DNA of 44,404 nucleotides from a virus (Duplodnaviria; Heunggongvirae; Uroviricota; Caudoviricetes): IMG/VR virus record IMGVR_UViG_2874951433_000009; one strand, 5' to 3'. Shown piece by piece: positions 31,279 to 42,831 of this stretch (position 1 is its first letter; each line of letters starts with the position of its first letter). The notes under the pieces were generated by a model. It saw only the letters and a program-made list of their open reading frames with translations, ran no database searches and was not told where the DNA came from. The position numbers and the translations under genes were made by a program.

Positions 31279-32570
31279 GCGGTCTGGTTAGGCAGACCAA
31301 CACCAATTGCCTCTGGTCGTACAGCACATGCTGAATACCACACAGCAATACGGCACTTACCAGACAGAGTGTTGATATCACCCTGCGTTGCGAAGATGCC
31401 GTTAACACCAATACCTGGAATGCTGAAGGAAGACGTTTTCATGCCAGCAAACAGTTCATGGGTTACCGGGATCGGCTGAGACAGCAGGCGGATTGAGTCA
31501 TCAGCCCAGAACACGTTAGCGGTGGTTGTTGCCACGTTCAGAACGTTTACCGGAGTGGTATCAGCAAGAGAGGTGTTTACGTTAGCGTAAGCCTTCTCTT
31601 CTTTTGTCAGTGACGCGTCATCCAGCGCAATCGGCTTCGGCGTGATTTCGATGTGAGTACCATCGATCACACGGGTGATTGAGAAAGTCGCGTCATCAGT
31701 CAGCACATTCTTCGCCATCTGAGACAGGAACTTCACACCAGTGAAGCTGATTTTGTCGCCGCGCTTAAATCCGGTGGTGGAGGATACGGTCACCGTTGCA
31801 ACACGGTTGTCGACGTTCTCTTTGTTACCATCGGTATCAAGGGTGTATGCCTGCGGCTTAAACTTCTGCGCACCAGAAACAGTTACACCAGTCGCGGTTG
31901 ACTTGGTAACTGCCGGAAGTTTCGGTGAGCGAAGAATTTCATCAAAGCCAGCAATCTGACGCTGAATAGTACCGTTTCGATATGCTTCTTCAGGAACGCG
32001 CCCGAAGATGTCACCATCTACCAGGTTGCGGCCTGCTTTGCGGTAATCGTCAGGGTTCAGGAAGTAACTGATGCCCATGTCGCGGTTTAGCTCACGGGAG
32101 AACATCAGTCGCTCTGCATCAGACACAAAATCCCAGCCAGGCAGGCCAGTCGATGGACCAATTGCGCGGGTATCGTGAACAACAAGCGAGCCCATTTCAG
32201 TTGCCTGTTTGGCAATCGCTGACTCAATGTTATTCGCCAGTTTTTTGGCGGATGCCTGGATGCGGCGACGGTAAGAACGCTCATCACGCAGGTCATCTGC
32301 ACGAAGCTCGAAGAAATCGTTATCCGGATCGCCCATGTTGCACTTCACGGAGAGTTCCAGAATCCCGGTTGCGTTGCCAGTTAAATCCCAGCCAGTCTGG
32401 GTTGGCGCTTCCTGCTCAACAGGCATCCACACGGTGTTGCTTGAACGCTGCATGGATTCTGCCGGAGGGGTGTATTTTGTCACTTTTGACGCCATTGGCG
32501 TCAGGTTCTGGACGGTTTCGATGATTTCATCCAGAGCATACGTGACCAGTTGACCTTCATTTAATGCCAT
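31275..32570 (-). CDS. P22-like major coat protein (gp5 family), 431 aa
   Basis: [29 protein letters not shown]... strong similarity to P22 gp5 recalled from memory. Confidence 0.9.
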   Translation of the reverse strand: MALNEGQLVTYALDEIIETVQNLTPMASKVTKYTPPAESMQRSSNTVWMPVEQEAPTQTGWDLTGNATGILELSVKCNMGDPDNDFFELRADDLRDERSYRRRIQASAKKLANNIESAIAKQATEMGSLVVHDTRAIGPSTGLPGWDFVSDAERLMFSRELNRDMGISYFLNPDDYRKAGRNLVDGDIFGRVPEEAYRNGTIQRQIAGFDEILRSPKLPAVTKSTATGVTVSGAQKFKPQAYTLDTDGNKENVDNRVATVTVSSTTGFKRGDKISFTGVKFLSQMAKNVLTDDATFSITRVIDGTHIEITPKPIALDDASLTKEEKAYANVNTSLADTTPVNVLNVATTTANVFWADDSIRLLSQPIPVTHELFAGMKTSSFSIPGIGVNGIFATQGDINTLSGKCRIAVWYSACAVRPEAIGVGLPNQTA

Positions 32571-33481
32571 TATCGAATTCCTTTATTCAGTTGCGCCTTG
32601 AGCTTGCGGTACGTCTCTACATCCCCTTTGTTTGCTGCCGCCTCCATCTGCTTTTCAATCGCAGAGATATTTGCAGCAACAGCATGTCCCTGAATGGGTT
32701 CATCAGGTAACGGGGCTTCTGAAACAGGCTTGGCTCGAGGCTTGAGAGTTAAACGTTCTGACAGTCGAGTGAGTTCAATCAGCGCGGATTGCCCGTCCAT
32801 CGCCAGCAACTGGCGTGTTTTCTCAGGATTAGCACCAAGGTGATACATGAGAGCGGCGGATTTCTCCGGGAAGAGGCGCATGATGTCGGCACCGACTGCT
32901 GGCGGCACCAGTTGCATGAATGCATCCTCTTTCTCCTGATAGTCAGGGATATTGAGCTTTTCCGCTGCGTCGTAGTGCTTACGGGCCGCCTCGACGTATT
33001 GCGCTGATTGCTGGGTGAACTCCTGAGTTTTGCGACCCTGCTCGGCGACAGCCTGGCTTCGTGCGTCCATAGCCTTGATCTGCCATTCACTGTTTGCCTG
33101 CTGGAAGGCAGCCAGTGCGCGGCTCTGGTCATAGTCGTACTTAGCCAGTGCATCTTCGGAAAGATAATCGTTAGGGTCTGGTTGTTTTGGTAACTCAGGG
33201 TTCACCCGCAGGTGCTCCGGCAACTCTCCACGCTTAACCGCTTCCATCTGCTGCTCAAGCTCACGCTGGCGTTTGCGTTCGATGCGGCGACGGGCAAATT
33301 CAGCATTAGTTGCCGGGTCTTGTTTTGGTTTCTCATCGTCTTTCAGGACAATCTCAAAGCCTTCTTCCTGACCTGCGCTGTCGTTGGCATTATCGACAAC
33401 TAAGCCATCAGCAGATGCCGCTGCATGATTGCCGGGCAGGGTTAATTCTTCAGAAGCCTGAATGTCGGTGGTTTGGTCCAT
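32570..33481 (-). CDS. P22-like scaffolding protein (gp8 family), 303 aa
   Basis: Acidic helical protein of P22 gp8 size, between portal and coat genes. Confidence 0.8.
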   Translation of the reverse strand: MDQTTDIQASEELTLPGNHAAASADGLVVDNANDSAGQEEGFEIVLKDDEKPKQDPATNAEFARRRIERKRQRELEQQMEAVKRGELPEHLRVNPELPKQPDPNDYLSEDALAKYDYDQSRALAAFQQANSEWQIKAMDARSQAVAEQGRKTQEFTQQSAQYVEAARKHYDAAEKLNIPDYQEKEDAFMQLVPPAVGADIMRLFPEKSAALMYHLGANPEKTRQLLAMDGQSALIELTRLSERLTLKPRAKPVSEAPLPDEPIQGHAVAANISAIEKQMEAAANKGDVETYRKLKAQLNKGIR

Positions 33482-33494
33482 GATTAACTCTCTC

Positions 33495-35660
33495 TTATTG
33501 AGGTGTCTCGGCTACTCCGCCGGAGGGGATTTGAACTTGACGCATAAGATTCGCGAAATCCATGCGTTGTGAATGAGTCTGGTCTGCATCTTTAAGAAGC
33601 AGCTCAGCGTTAGCACGAGCATCTTTGCTGCGCTGTTGCTGGAATTGACCTACGAGCCTGAGGTACTCACGCAGTTCTGCCTGCTTGTCGAGGTCCATAT
33701 TGTTGAATATTTCTGCAATCTTCGCGGCGTTGAGTTGGTTTTGGGCTTCAACCTTGGCAGCTTCAACCTGAATCTGCGCCTGTTGGTTCTCTGCCTTGAG
33801 CAATTCAGCCTGACCTTGCAGAAGGATACCCTGCGCCTGAATTTGCTCTGCTGATGGCTGCTGCGGCTGTTGTTGTGCCTGCTGCACCATCTCCATCTCT
33901 TCAGGTGTTTCTGGTTTCTTCAGCCCCATCATCACCAGTTGCTTGTTCGCGTACTCTCGCATCATCTCGACGCCTTTACCGTCAAGCAGCGTGAAGTATT
34001 GCAGCATCAGCATCTGGAACTCTGGAGTACCTTGCGGAACCTTGGTGAGCAACTCCTGAATCTCTGCGCGGTTCTGTTCCTTCATACTCTGGAAGGATGG
34101 CCCAACGTCTGTATAGCACTCATATCGACCGCGAATGTCGTTGAGTGTGACCACATTGCCGGACTGGTAATCGACAACTTGCGCATAGAGTTGAACGTCT
34201 TTCTCGCTTCCATCTTCAAGTGTCAGCGTTACATGACGAGGAACGTCATAAATATCGTTGACCATTGAGGCATAAATCTCGCCATCACGTCGCATTGCGG
34301 TAGCCAGGTTATCCTGAAACACGTATGTCTCAAGGTCTGCCCGCATGTTCAGTTGATTGACGGTATCAAAAGCGACCTGACCATTTGCCGCCTGCGCATC
34401 CACGCCAAGACTAGCCACTTCTTTCACTGCGTTGGTGGCAGCCTCAAGCATGTAAGCGTTGGCTTGCGGCACTTCAGGGTTTTCCATGTAGGAGATTGGA
34501 CCAATCGGCAGGTCGTTACCGTTTTCATCGGTCCTGTTCTGCAGATAGTACGGATAGTCATCATTTCCGCCGTACATGTATTCGTAGCCTTCGATTTGCT
34601 CAGGGAAGAAGGTCGGTTTCTTCTTCGGTGACCGAGCAACAATATCGGCGTTGAACGACATAATCATGTTACGAAGGCGTTGACCGTCTTTCGTCAGCCT
34701 TACCACACCCTCGTAGCACTCCTTGTCACCAGCGAATGACCATTCGCCATACACTGGAACGATTGGAATATGCTCTCCGGCTATCTTCTCGCGGTCTTTC
34801 AGTATCTGCGTACAGGTGATGATCGACTTATACACACGCCGACGCTTCACCTTGCGCTCTGCTACCTTAATGAATCCACGATTAGCCAGGTCGTCGATGA
34901 CGTCTTTGATATCCTGCTGGTAATAGCTGACCGGCTCACCTGTCAGCGGGTCGCGGTAGATGAAGACCTTCTCCTTCTCCTCTTCTACCTCGTAATACTC
35001 AGCGACGTAGACGACATCATTCGACACCCACGGGAATAGCCATGTATCGTTAGGATTCTGGAAAGATGGCAGGGTATCCGGGTCAATACCGTAATCCTCT
35101 GCGAACTCTTTCCAGCCATTGCGCGACAAGGCGTTAATCACCGTGCAGTGCTTAGCGTCGCTCTTATCCATCTGCTTGCTGTTGGCGTCCCATATGACGT
35201 GTGAGCAGGCTTCATGGATTGGCAGGCGTCGGATTACCTGATTGTTGCTTGTTGGATCGTTGTCTTCGTACTGCGTGACCAGACGCCATGCACCAACGCC
35301 TGACTCTATCTGCTCACGAACGCCAACGTTAACGGCAATCTTTGCCGTGTTATGGCGCATATCAGTACGATACATCCCCATCAATACATCGGCTGCATCA
35401 GGATTAGCGCCGTCTTTGGGTCGGAAGAGAACGTCGACAGGGTTCCGGCGCATCTCTGCGACCAGTTTCCTGACCTCCGGGCGAACAACATCGAATTGTC
35501 CGCGATATTGCAGGGTAGTGTAGTTTGATAGCCAGTCATCCCATTGCGACACTCGGCTAAAATACAGGTCATTTGTCGCCTCGGTTCTGGCTTCATCGCT
35601 CGCCATCCAGTCTGCGTCAAACTTACACAGAATGGAATTGAGTCTGTTTTCGTCGGCCAT
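33495..35660 (-). CDS. P22-like portal protein (gp1 family), 721 aa, intact
   Basis: [45 protein letters not shown]... strong similarity to P22 gp1 including the C-terminal barrel region. Confidence 0.9.
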   Translation of the reverse strand: MADENRLNSILCKFDADWMASDEARTEATNDLYFSRVSQWDDWLSNYTTLQYRGQFDVVRPEVRKLVAEMRRNPVDVLFRPKDGANPDAADVLMGMYRTDMRHNTAKIAVNVGVREQIESGVGAWRLVTQYEDNDPTSNNQVIRRLPIHEACSHVIWDANSKQMDKSDAKHCTVINALSRNGWKEFAEDYGIDPDTLPSFQNPNDTWLFPWVSNDVVYVAEYYEVEEEKEKVFIYRDPLTGEPVSYYQQDIKDVIDDLANRGFIKVAERKVKRRRVYKSIITCTQILKDREKIAGEHIPIVPVYGEWSFAGDKECYEGVVRLTKDGQRLRNMIMSFNADIVARSPKKKPTFFPEQIEGYEYMYGGNDDYPYYLQNRTDENGNDLPIGPISYMENPEVPQANAYMLEAATNAVKEVASLGVDAQAANGQVAFDTVNQLNMRADLETYVFQDNLATAMRRDGEIYASMVNDIYDVPRHVTLTLEDGSEKDVQLYAQVVDYQSGNVVTLNDIRGRYECYTDVGPSFQSMKEQNRAEIQELLTKVPQGTPEFQMLMLQYFTLLDGKGVEMMREYANKQLVMMGLKKPETPEEMEMVQQAQQQPQQPSAEQIQAQGILLQGQAELLKAENQQAQIQVEAAKVEAQNQLNAAKIAEIFNNMDLDKQAELREYLRLVGQFQQQRSKDARANAELLLKDADQTHSQRMDFANLMRQVQIPSGGVAETPQ

Positions 35661-36710
35661 TTAAGTTCTCCGTGCGATGGGCCTGATTGGGGCTGGTATC
35701 TTTTTCTCTTTTGGTTTTTTGATGTCGCGCATCATTTTTGCGAAGCGGCGCATCATGTATGCATAGCGAACGGCGGATAGCACGTCGTCGTTAAGCTTGA
35801 CGATTTTCCCGTTTTCATCACGGTGATAGAGGCGGAACTCCTCAAAGAATGGCTCACAGGTATTGAATACTTTGAAGCGACCATCGAGCATCATGTCGCG
35901 CAATTCAGTGATGCCTGGCTCAACAGCGTTACCGCCATCAGGCCATGTCGCATGCTCCTGCAACATCATAAATCCAGCGTCTGCATACTGCCCTTTGAGC
36001 TGCTCACCGCCGCCCTTCTCGTGCTGGTTTCCATCATGAGGCCATGCGGTTGGCACTTTATGCGCCCATGATTTAACGGCTCCCCACGCCTGAACGGCTG
36101 TTTTTTCTTTCGCCTTCCACACGCGTGAAACGTAGATTGTGTCTGCCTCCTTATCCCACCAAAGCTGAACTTGCGCCTGTGGGTGATCCCATCCGAAATC
36201 CATCCCGCCAATTACGTAGAAGTGATCAGGACACTCGAACGGCTGACACTTAATCGTCTCTTCCGGTATCTGGAAGATTCGACCACTACCCATCGTAGGA
36301 ATACCGCGAGCACGCGCCTCTCTCTCATGCTCGGGATATGATGCGATGATTTGCTCTTTCTGCTCGTCGGTATAGTGCTCAGCGTCATAGATGGTCATGT
36401 TGACCACTTTCTGCGACTTGCTGGGGTTCTTCAGGAACTTGGTAACAACGTCAGACATCCCCATCAGCGGGGTAAACGTCAGAATTGAGAATTGCCCGTA
36501 TTTGTTGGTACGGGTAAGACCTTCGCCATAAATGCTGTATGGTGGCTCTTCGTCAAACCACACGCCGTGAATTGTGTCACCCTGCCAGCGAGCACGGCCT
36601 TGCGAGTATGGCTTGAAGTAGCAGATTGAAATGCCATCTTCAACGCCATCAGCCGTGTGATGCTTAACCAGAAGGTGATCAACAAGGTTCGGAAAGAAAG
36701 GTGAAGTGGC
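35661..36710 (-). pseudogene. P22-like large terminase, N-terminally truncated (about 350 C-terminal codons remain), cut by IS911
   Basis: Frame open from the IS911 terminus into a nuclease-domain-like terminase C-terminus ending next to the portal start; N-terminal ATPase region and terS are absent. Confidence 0.75.
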
Positions 36711-36718
36711 TGAAGTGG

Positions 36719-37887
<1,169 letters not shown>

Positions 37888-37959
37888 TGGAGCACCTGTG
37901 TTGTTCTGAGGTGAGCATATCACCTCTGTTCAGGTGGCCAAATTCAGTGTGCCACTTCA

Positions 37960-38294
37960 GCGTGACTTGGGGCGATTACTGCAAGGCCAATGGTCTACCC
38001 GCTCAGAAACTGATGACCATCCTTAAGAAAGAGCGCAAGCTGTTCCGAGTACATCCTTTCAGTGGCGAGTGGTCAGTCAATCCAAACTATGTGGAGTACT
38101 TTCGAATTATCAAACCTACTGACCATCGATTCAACCCAAACGGTATAAACATTCGGTTTAACGCTAAGGGGCTGGAGTTCTTCAGCCGACCTGAAAACGT
38201 ACTCAAGATGCACAGAAAGGTCATAGCGGTTCATGGAAGCGACGCTGCTAAACAGCAACACATACAGGCAGTAGCAAAGCTGGAGGGGAGGTAA
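37960..38294 (+). CDS. Uncharacterised protein, probably 5'-truncated by IS911 (at least 111 codons remain)
   Basis: Reading frame is open from inside IS911 across the junction; no convincing RBS for the first internal Met (38013); stop 4 bp before the next gene. Confidence 0.4.
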
Positions 38295-38297
38295 TTC

Positions 38298-38492
38298 ATG
38301 ACTAATAACACAATCAAGATTGACCCAAGGACACCAGAAGGCCGTAAGGCGTTACGCCTGATGGTGGTACCCACCAAGGCACTGATAGCTACTCTGGGTC
38401 TGCCTGCCAAGGAAAACCGCCCGTATTACTCTAAAGCTGCCCTCTGTCTCATGGCGGTTGACGCAGGGCTGACCCCAAGAGATTTCATGTAA
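38298..38492 (+). CDS. Uncharacterised small protein, 64 aa
   Basis: ORF tightly coupled to the upstream gene (4-bp spacing). Confidence 0.45.
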   Translation: MTNNTIKIDPRTPEGRKALRLMVVPTKALIATLGLPAKENRPYYSKAALCLMAVDAGLTPRDFM

Positions 38493-38619
38493 TTAACCCA
38501 CTAGCACAGCTAGCACCACCTTTTGAACTGACCAAGATACGGGGAGACGCCGTAGGAATACCTATGGAAGACCGATGAGTTTAATCCTTTTAAAACATCT
38601 TTTCAAAGGAGAAACAAAC

Positions 38620-39030
38620 ATGTCTATTTCTTATCGCAAACTGGATATCGCACTGAGCGCTGACAAAGAAACTGTACTGGTATTCGGTCAGGAGCTATCC
38701 ACTAAGTATTTCACCGAAATTGTCGTTACAACCATGCTGAACAGTACAGGCTCTGACATGGCGAACTCAAATCGTATTCTTAACGATATTCACGCCGCTG
38801 GTCTTGATGCAGGTGATTACGGCAAGTATTCCCGCTGGTGGGCTCAAAGCAACGCACAGGAGCGCCAAGAGGCTGAACGCCGACGTAAAGAAGCTAAGGC
38901 ACATCAAGAACGTATGGCTGCTATTCATGCTACACCAGAAGAGATTGCTAAGGCGGTCGCTGAACGTAAAGCCCGAGAGGAAGCATTGATTAAACGCTTC
39001 GGCAATAAAGGGGCCGCTTTCGGGCTGTAA
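38620..39030 (+). CDS. Uncharacterised protein, 136 aa, with charged helical C-terminal tail
   Basis: AGGAG RBS 7 nt upstream of the ATG at 38620; C-terminus ...ERQEAERRRKEAKAHQERMAAIHATPEEIAKAVAERKAREEALIKRFG. Confidence 0.55.
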   Translation: MSISYRKLDIALSADKETVLVFGQELSTKYFTEIVVTTMLNSTGSDMANSNRILNDIHAAGLDAGDYGKYSRWWAQSNAQERQEAERRRKEAKAHQERMAAIHATPEEIAKAVAERKAREEALIKRFGNKGAAFGL

Positions 39031-39131
39031 CTGATAACTTTCGGTGGCGCTGCTTGGATTCTGAGATAAGACCAATGGTGTCACCAGTTACTTTTTACGT
39101 AGTGCATTCATACAATAAGGAGATATTCATC

Positions 39132-40271
39132 GTGTCTATTACAAATCAAATTAACAAAGCATCCTCACTGGCTTCTCTGCGTCAGCCTCAGCGAGATAAA
39201 GACGGTCAAATCATTAAGGGGTCTATATGGGGCACTGACATCTCACGCACTGACTATGTTCAGATGACCAATGGTCAAGACGCCCAAGTTCTCAACGTAG
39301 GCTTTACGGACCGCTCAGGCCGTCCGATGGCCTTCGGGAATGATTCACATGATTTTGTTCAGGCGCTGGAGGACTCTTTGGATGAGACCTTCAATGATGG
39401 AGACTTCCGCACTGCTGTAATGGAGAATGTCTTCCCTTGTGAGTTTCGCCCATACGGCACTGACCCTACGCCTATTCGCCGTCAGGCTCTCCAGAATCGC
39501 ACCGTCCGCTTTAAGCATAATGGCGCGTTTAATCCAGCTAAGGATGCTCCGTCTACCACAGCCATCAAAGGGGCAAGCGTAACTGTCACCCCAGTGTTGA
39601 ACCCTGAGACCAATAAGACGGGCATCCTGTGTTCTGCTACTACTCATGTATCTGACTTCGATATGATGGGCGGTTGGACCGAGGGGGCATTAATCCAGAC
39701 TGTAGGTGATATGCAGGTTCAATACTGCCGCCAGATGTTCGCCGCTGTGGTCGATGTCCTGAAAGATACGCCAGACCTTCAAATCATTGAGGCAGCCCCA
39801 CTAAGTGGTAAACCGTCTGATCAAGCTGAAGATCTTCTGGATACATTAGCGTTGAATCTTCCGGTCGAGTTGGGAAATACACTGAGCGATTACGCTGTAT
39901 TGGTCCCTGAGAGACTTGAGGCAATCTTGGACCGAGCCGCTCAACGCGCAGGTCATGAGGATATTAGTGAGCTATTGGGCTGCACTGTATGCAGCTATGC
40001 GGGCGATGATACAGGTATCTATCTCCTGCCTAAGCGGTTCGCTTCTATCTCTTTCAGGTCAACTAAAGACGCTAAGACGGTAGATGTCAAAGTGACCCGA
40101 AATAGTAACACTGCTGGGTATGACCTTGAGTTAATCAGTGTGGTCGATGTGTTGGCTACTGGTTCCGTTAAGGTGAAAGCAGGTGAGTTTGACGTTGAGA
40201 AAGACGCCTCTTTCCCGTTGATACATGTTATTCGGTTTACTACCCCCAGAGTAACTATAAACCCTGAGTGA
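39132..40271 (+). CDS. Uncharacterised protein, about 379 aa, soluble
   Basis: AAGGAG RBS 8 nt upstream of the GTG at 39132 (the annotated ATG at 39054 has no RBS); no motif I can assign by eye. Confidence 0.55.
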   Translation: MSITNQINKASSLASLRQPQRDKDGQIIKGSIWGTDISRTDYVQMTNGQDAQVLNVGFTDRSGRPMAFGNDSHDFVQALEDSLDETFNDGDFRTAVMENVFPCEFRPYGTDPTPIRRQALQNRTVRFKHNGAFNPAKDAPSTTAIKGASVTVTPVLNPETNKTGILCSATTHVSDFDMMGGWTEGALIQTVGDMQVQYCRQMFAAVVDVLKDTPDLQIIEAAPLSGKPSDQAEDLLDTLALNLPVELGNTLSDYAVLVPERLEAILDRAAQRAGHEDISELLGCTVCSYAGDDTGIYLLPKRFASISFRSTKDAKTVDVKVTRNSNTAGYDLELISVVDVLATGSVKVKAGEFDVEKDASFPLIHVIRFTTPRVTINPE

Positions 40272-40740
40272 ACATAAGGAGTACATCCATGAGCTTACAG
40301 GAGTTGTTTGAGCTCGTCCTCTGTGTCCACTTGGTCTGCCAGATGCTCTACAGGGAGTGATAGATAATAACAATCAGCAGTATGCCCGCAATAGCTATTG
40401 CTCTGGTGCTTACAGGTCTTCACTTTGCGGTCGGTGGGGGCTAGTAGCGGTAGGTTATGACCTTGTATTAAAAAAATCTCACAAAAATCTCTGTAGGTAT
40501 CTAATAGACAAAGGTCGGTGCCTCTCCCCCCTTGGCCCCTTTCAAGTCTGGACGATTGGGGCCACTGTCTTAAAGTTAGGACTTCGGTTACTCGTTCCAG
40601 AGTCACGAGAGGACTTGACCAGAGATAAATTAATGTGTAACCATAACTGTAACCACAAGGATTCATCATCCTTTAGGAAGCAAATGGTTAGCGGCTGATT
40701 ATCTTCGATACCTCGATTCCCGCTGCCCGCTCCAGTTAGA

Positions 40741-40786
40741 GTCTTTCAGTCTGCGATGATGGGAAATCCCGGAGTGACTGAAAGAC
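40741..40786. repeat. Perfect 10-bp inverted repeat gtctttcagt / actgaaagac with 26-nt spacer
   Basis: Read directly from the sequence; lies in the ORF-poor region upstream of the holin. Confidence 0.8.
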
Positions 40787-40793
40787 GTTTAAG

Positions 40794-40865
40794 TTATGAA
40801 TGATCGCTTTTTTTGCAAAATTGCTGTGCAGAAATACTAACCTTCGGGCAGGCGATCATTCATAA
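40794..40865. repeat. Perfect 14-bp inverted repeat ttatgaatgatcgc / gcgatcattcataa with 44-nt spacer enclosing a promoter-like TTGCAA...TACTAA
   Basis: Read directly from the sequence; the spacer contains ttgcaa-16 nt-tactaa. Confidence 0.8.
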
Positions 40866-40939
40866 GCACTCTGCTTTTATTCCGATTAACTGTGGGTGGT
40901 TTGTTGGATAGAGTGCTTCCCTTACTGTATATATCGTTT

Positions 40940-40965
40940 CGCCCGCTTTTGCGGGTTTTTCTTTT
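40940..40965 (+). terminator. Rho-independent terminator about 60 bp upstream of the holin start (tR'-like)
   Basis: gcccgc-tttt-gcggg followed by tttttctttt. Confidence 0.7.
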
Positions 40966-41025
40966 CAAATCCCTTTCATTTCTCAGTGTAAAACTACGCC
41001 ATCCGTTATTTGCGGAGGTGAGGCT

Positions 41026-41241
41026 ATGAAATCCATGGACAAAATTTCAACGGGCATTGCCTACGGCACCTCCTCAGGCAGTGCTGGCTACTGGTTTTTA
41101 CAGTGGCTTGATCAGGTCAGTCCGTCACAGTGGGCTGCGATTGGTGTACTGGGGAGTCTGGTTCTGGGCTTCCTGACTTATCTGACAAATCTGTACTTCA
41201 AAATCAGAGAAGACAAGCGTAAGGCTGCACGGGGAGAGTAA
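41026..41241 (+). CDS. Class II holin / pinholin (phage 21 S-like), 71 aa, dual-start motif
   Basis: [32 protein letters not shown]... two TM segments; Met1 and Met4 starts as in the S21 antiholin/holin pair; GGAGG RBS upstream. Confidence 0.9.
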   Translation: MKSMDKISTGIAYGTSSGSAGYWFLQWLDQVSPSQWAAIGVLGSLVLGFLTYLTNLYFKIREDKRKAARGE

Positions 41242-41245
41242 TTCA

Positions 41246-41560
41246 ATGACACAAAAATATGAACTGATTGTGAAAGGGATCCGCAATTTTGAGAATAAAG
41301 TTACGGTAACTTTAGCGTTACGGGACAAAAAACGCTTTGACGGTGAAATTTTTGACCTGGACATCTCGCTGGACCGTGTTGAAGGTGCCGCGCTGGAGTT
41401 TTATGAGGCAGCAGCCAGAAGGAGCATCAGACAGGTCTTCCTGGATGTTGCTGCCGGGTTATGTGAAGGGGACGAGCTGTTGCCAGAAACGCGCCCCTGT
41501 TCAGAGGCGCGGTATACCATAAAAATTAACAGTTCTGATAACTCGATTACGGGTTGTTAG
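41246..41560 (+). CDS. Small conserved protein between holin and endolysin (YdfR-like), 104 aa
   Basis: Position and size match the small gene found between S and R in Qin-type lysis cassettes. Confidence 0.6.
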   Translation: MTQKYELIVKGIRNFENKVTVTLALRDKKRFDGEIFDLDISLDRVEGAALEFYEAAARRSIRQVFLDVAAGLCEGDELLPETRPCSEARYTIKINSSDNSITGC

Positions 41561-41615
41561 CTTTTTGCAGTTGGCTTTCCAGTATCTTTCATTGGTAGCA
41601 TCCTGATAAATATCC

Positions 41616-42149
41616 ATGAGCGCAAAAATCAAATACGGCCTGTCAGCTGCTGTTCTGGCGCTGATTGCTGCAGGCGCGTCTGCTCCTCAAATACTTGACC
41701 AGTTTCTGGATGAAAAAGAGGGTAACCACACTACGGCATACCGCGATGGTTCCGGTATATGGACCATCTGTCGTGGTGCCACAATGGTGGATGGTAAGCC
41801 CGTCATACCGGGAATGAAGCTGTCGAAGGAAAAATGCGACCAGGTTAACGCTATTGAACGTGATAAGGCGCTGGCATGGGTGGAGCGCAATATTAAAGTA
41901 CCACTGACCGAACCACAGAAAGCGGGTATAGCGTCATTTTGTCCCTATAACATTGGCCCAGGTAAGTGTTTCCCGTCGACGTTTTATAAGCGGCTGAATG
42001 CCGGTGATCGTAAGGGCGCATGCGAGGCGATTCGCTGGTGGATAAAAGATGGTGGGCGCGATTGCCGCATACGTTCAAATAACTGCTATGGACAGGTTAT
42101 TCGTCGTGACCAGGAAAGCGCATTAGCCTGTTGGGGGATAGATCAGTGA
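41616..42149 (+). CDS. SAR endolysin (T4-lysozyme-type muramidase with signal-anchor-release N-terminus, R21-like), 177 aa
   Basis: N-terminal Gly/Ala-rich weak TM segment (LSAAVLALIAAGASAP); catalytic E-8 aa-D-5 aa-T pattern (E...YRD...GIWT). Confidence 0.9.
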   Translation: MSAKIKYGLSAAVLALIAAGASAPQILDQFLDEKEGNHTTAYRDGSGIWTICRGATMVDGKPVIPGMKLSKEKCDQVNAIERDKALAWVERNIKVPLTEPQKAGIASFCPYNIGPGKCFPSTFYKRLNAGDRKGACEAIRWWIKDGGRDCRIRSNNCYGQVIRRDQESALACWGIDQ

Positions 42150-42613
42150 GCTGAGTCGCCGCGATTATTTATGCTCTGGTTATCTGCATCATCGTCTGCC
42201 TGTCGTGGGCGGTCAATCATTACCGTGATAACGCCATCGCCTACAAAGAACAGCGTGATAAAAAAGTCAGTGAGCTGAAGCTGGCGACCGCCACCATTAC
42301 TGACATGCAGCAACGCCAGCGTGCTGCTGATGTACTCGATGCTAAATACACGAAGGAGTTGGCTGATGCGAAAGCTGAAAATGATGCTCTTCGGCGCAAG
42401 CTTGATAATGGTGGCCGGGTGCTCGTCAAAGGAAAATGCTCTGTGCCATCCTCAGCCGAAACCTCCAGCGCCTCCAGCATGGGCAATGATGCCACCGTCG
42501 AACTCTCTCCAGTTGCTGGACGAAACGTTCTCGGTATCCGGGACGGAATCATCAGAGACCAGACAGCACTGAGAACGCTTCAGGAATATATCAGGACGCA
42601 ATGCCTTCGATGA
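42146..42613 (+). pseudogene. Rz: Rz (inner-membrane spanin) with in-frame TGA at codon 3
   Basis: Frame reads GTG AGC TGA then ...[34 protein letters not shown]...[19 protein letters not shown]..., closely matching lambda Rz, which begins ATG AGC AGA as recalled; no in-frame ATG/GTG/TTG before the Met at 42305. Confidence 0.6.
42366..42572 (+). CDS. Rz1: Rz1 (outer-membrane lipoprotein spanin), embedded in the +1 frame of Rz, about 68 aa
   Basis: [21 protein letters not shown] lipobox followed by a Pro-rich segment ([16 protein letters not shown]); AAGGAG RBS. Confidence 0.8.
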   Translation: MRKLKMMLFGASLIMVAGCSSKENALCHPQPKPPAPPAWAMMPPSNSLQLLDETFSVSGTESSETRQH

Positions 42614-42831
42614 TAGAGATAATTTTACTCATCATCCTTCACATCTGGCTCTGTAGACAGGGTGGTGATCACTTCTGGAGTGAATCCAGATTAAACATCT
42701 CATTGCTGATGCTTAAAGTTGAGCATTTGGCGCGCGGTAAGGGGCTGCGTTTAGATAAGAGCCAGTCATCACAAACACCAGGATTTAGCCTCGCATTCGC
42801 GGGGCTTTTTATTGCAACAAAGGTAAAGACG

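Noticed and set aside
39054-39131. Upstream ATG start (39054) for the 379-codon unknown protein
   Set aside because: It has no Shine-Dalgarno sequence, whereas the GTG at 39132 is preceded by AAGGAG at optimal spacing.
40295-40698. ORFs of 124 codons (minus) and 113 codons (plus) in the region upstream of the holin
   Set aside because: Cys/Trp/Tyr-rich low-complexity translations with no RBS and mutual overlap; the region is better explained as noncoding with inverted repeats.
40440-40700. Possible phage tRNA genes (lambdoid phages often carry tRNAs between Q and the lysis genes)
   Set aside because: I found a T-arm-like string (ggacttgacc, one base short of the consensus) but no acceptor stem, D-arm or anticodon arm that folds into a cloverleaf on either strand; a tRNAscan-SE or Aragorn run would settle it.
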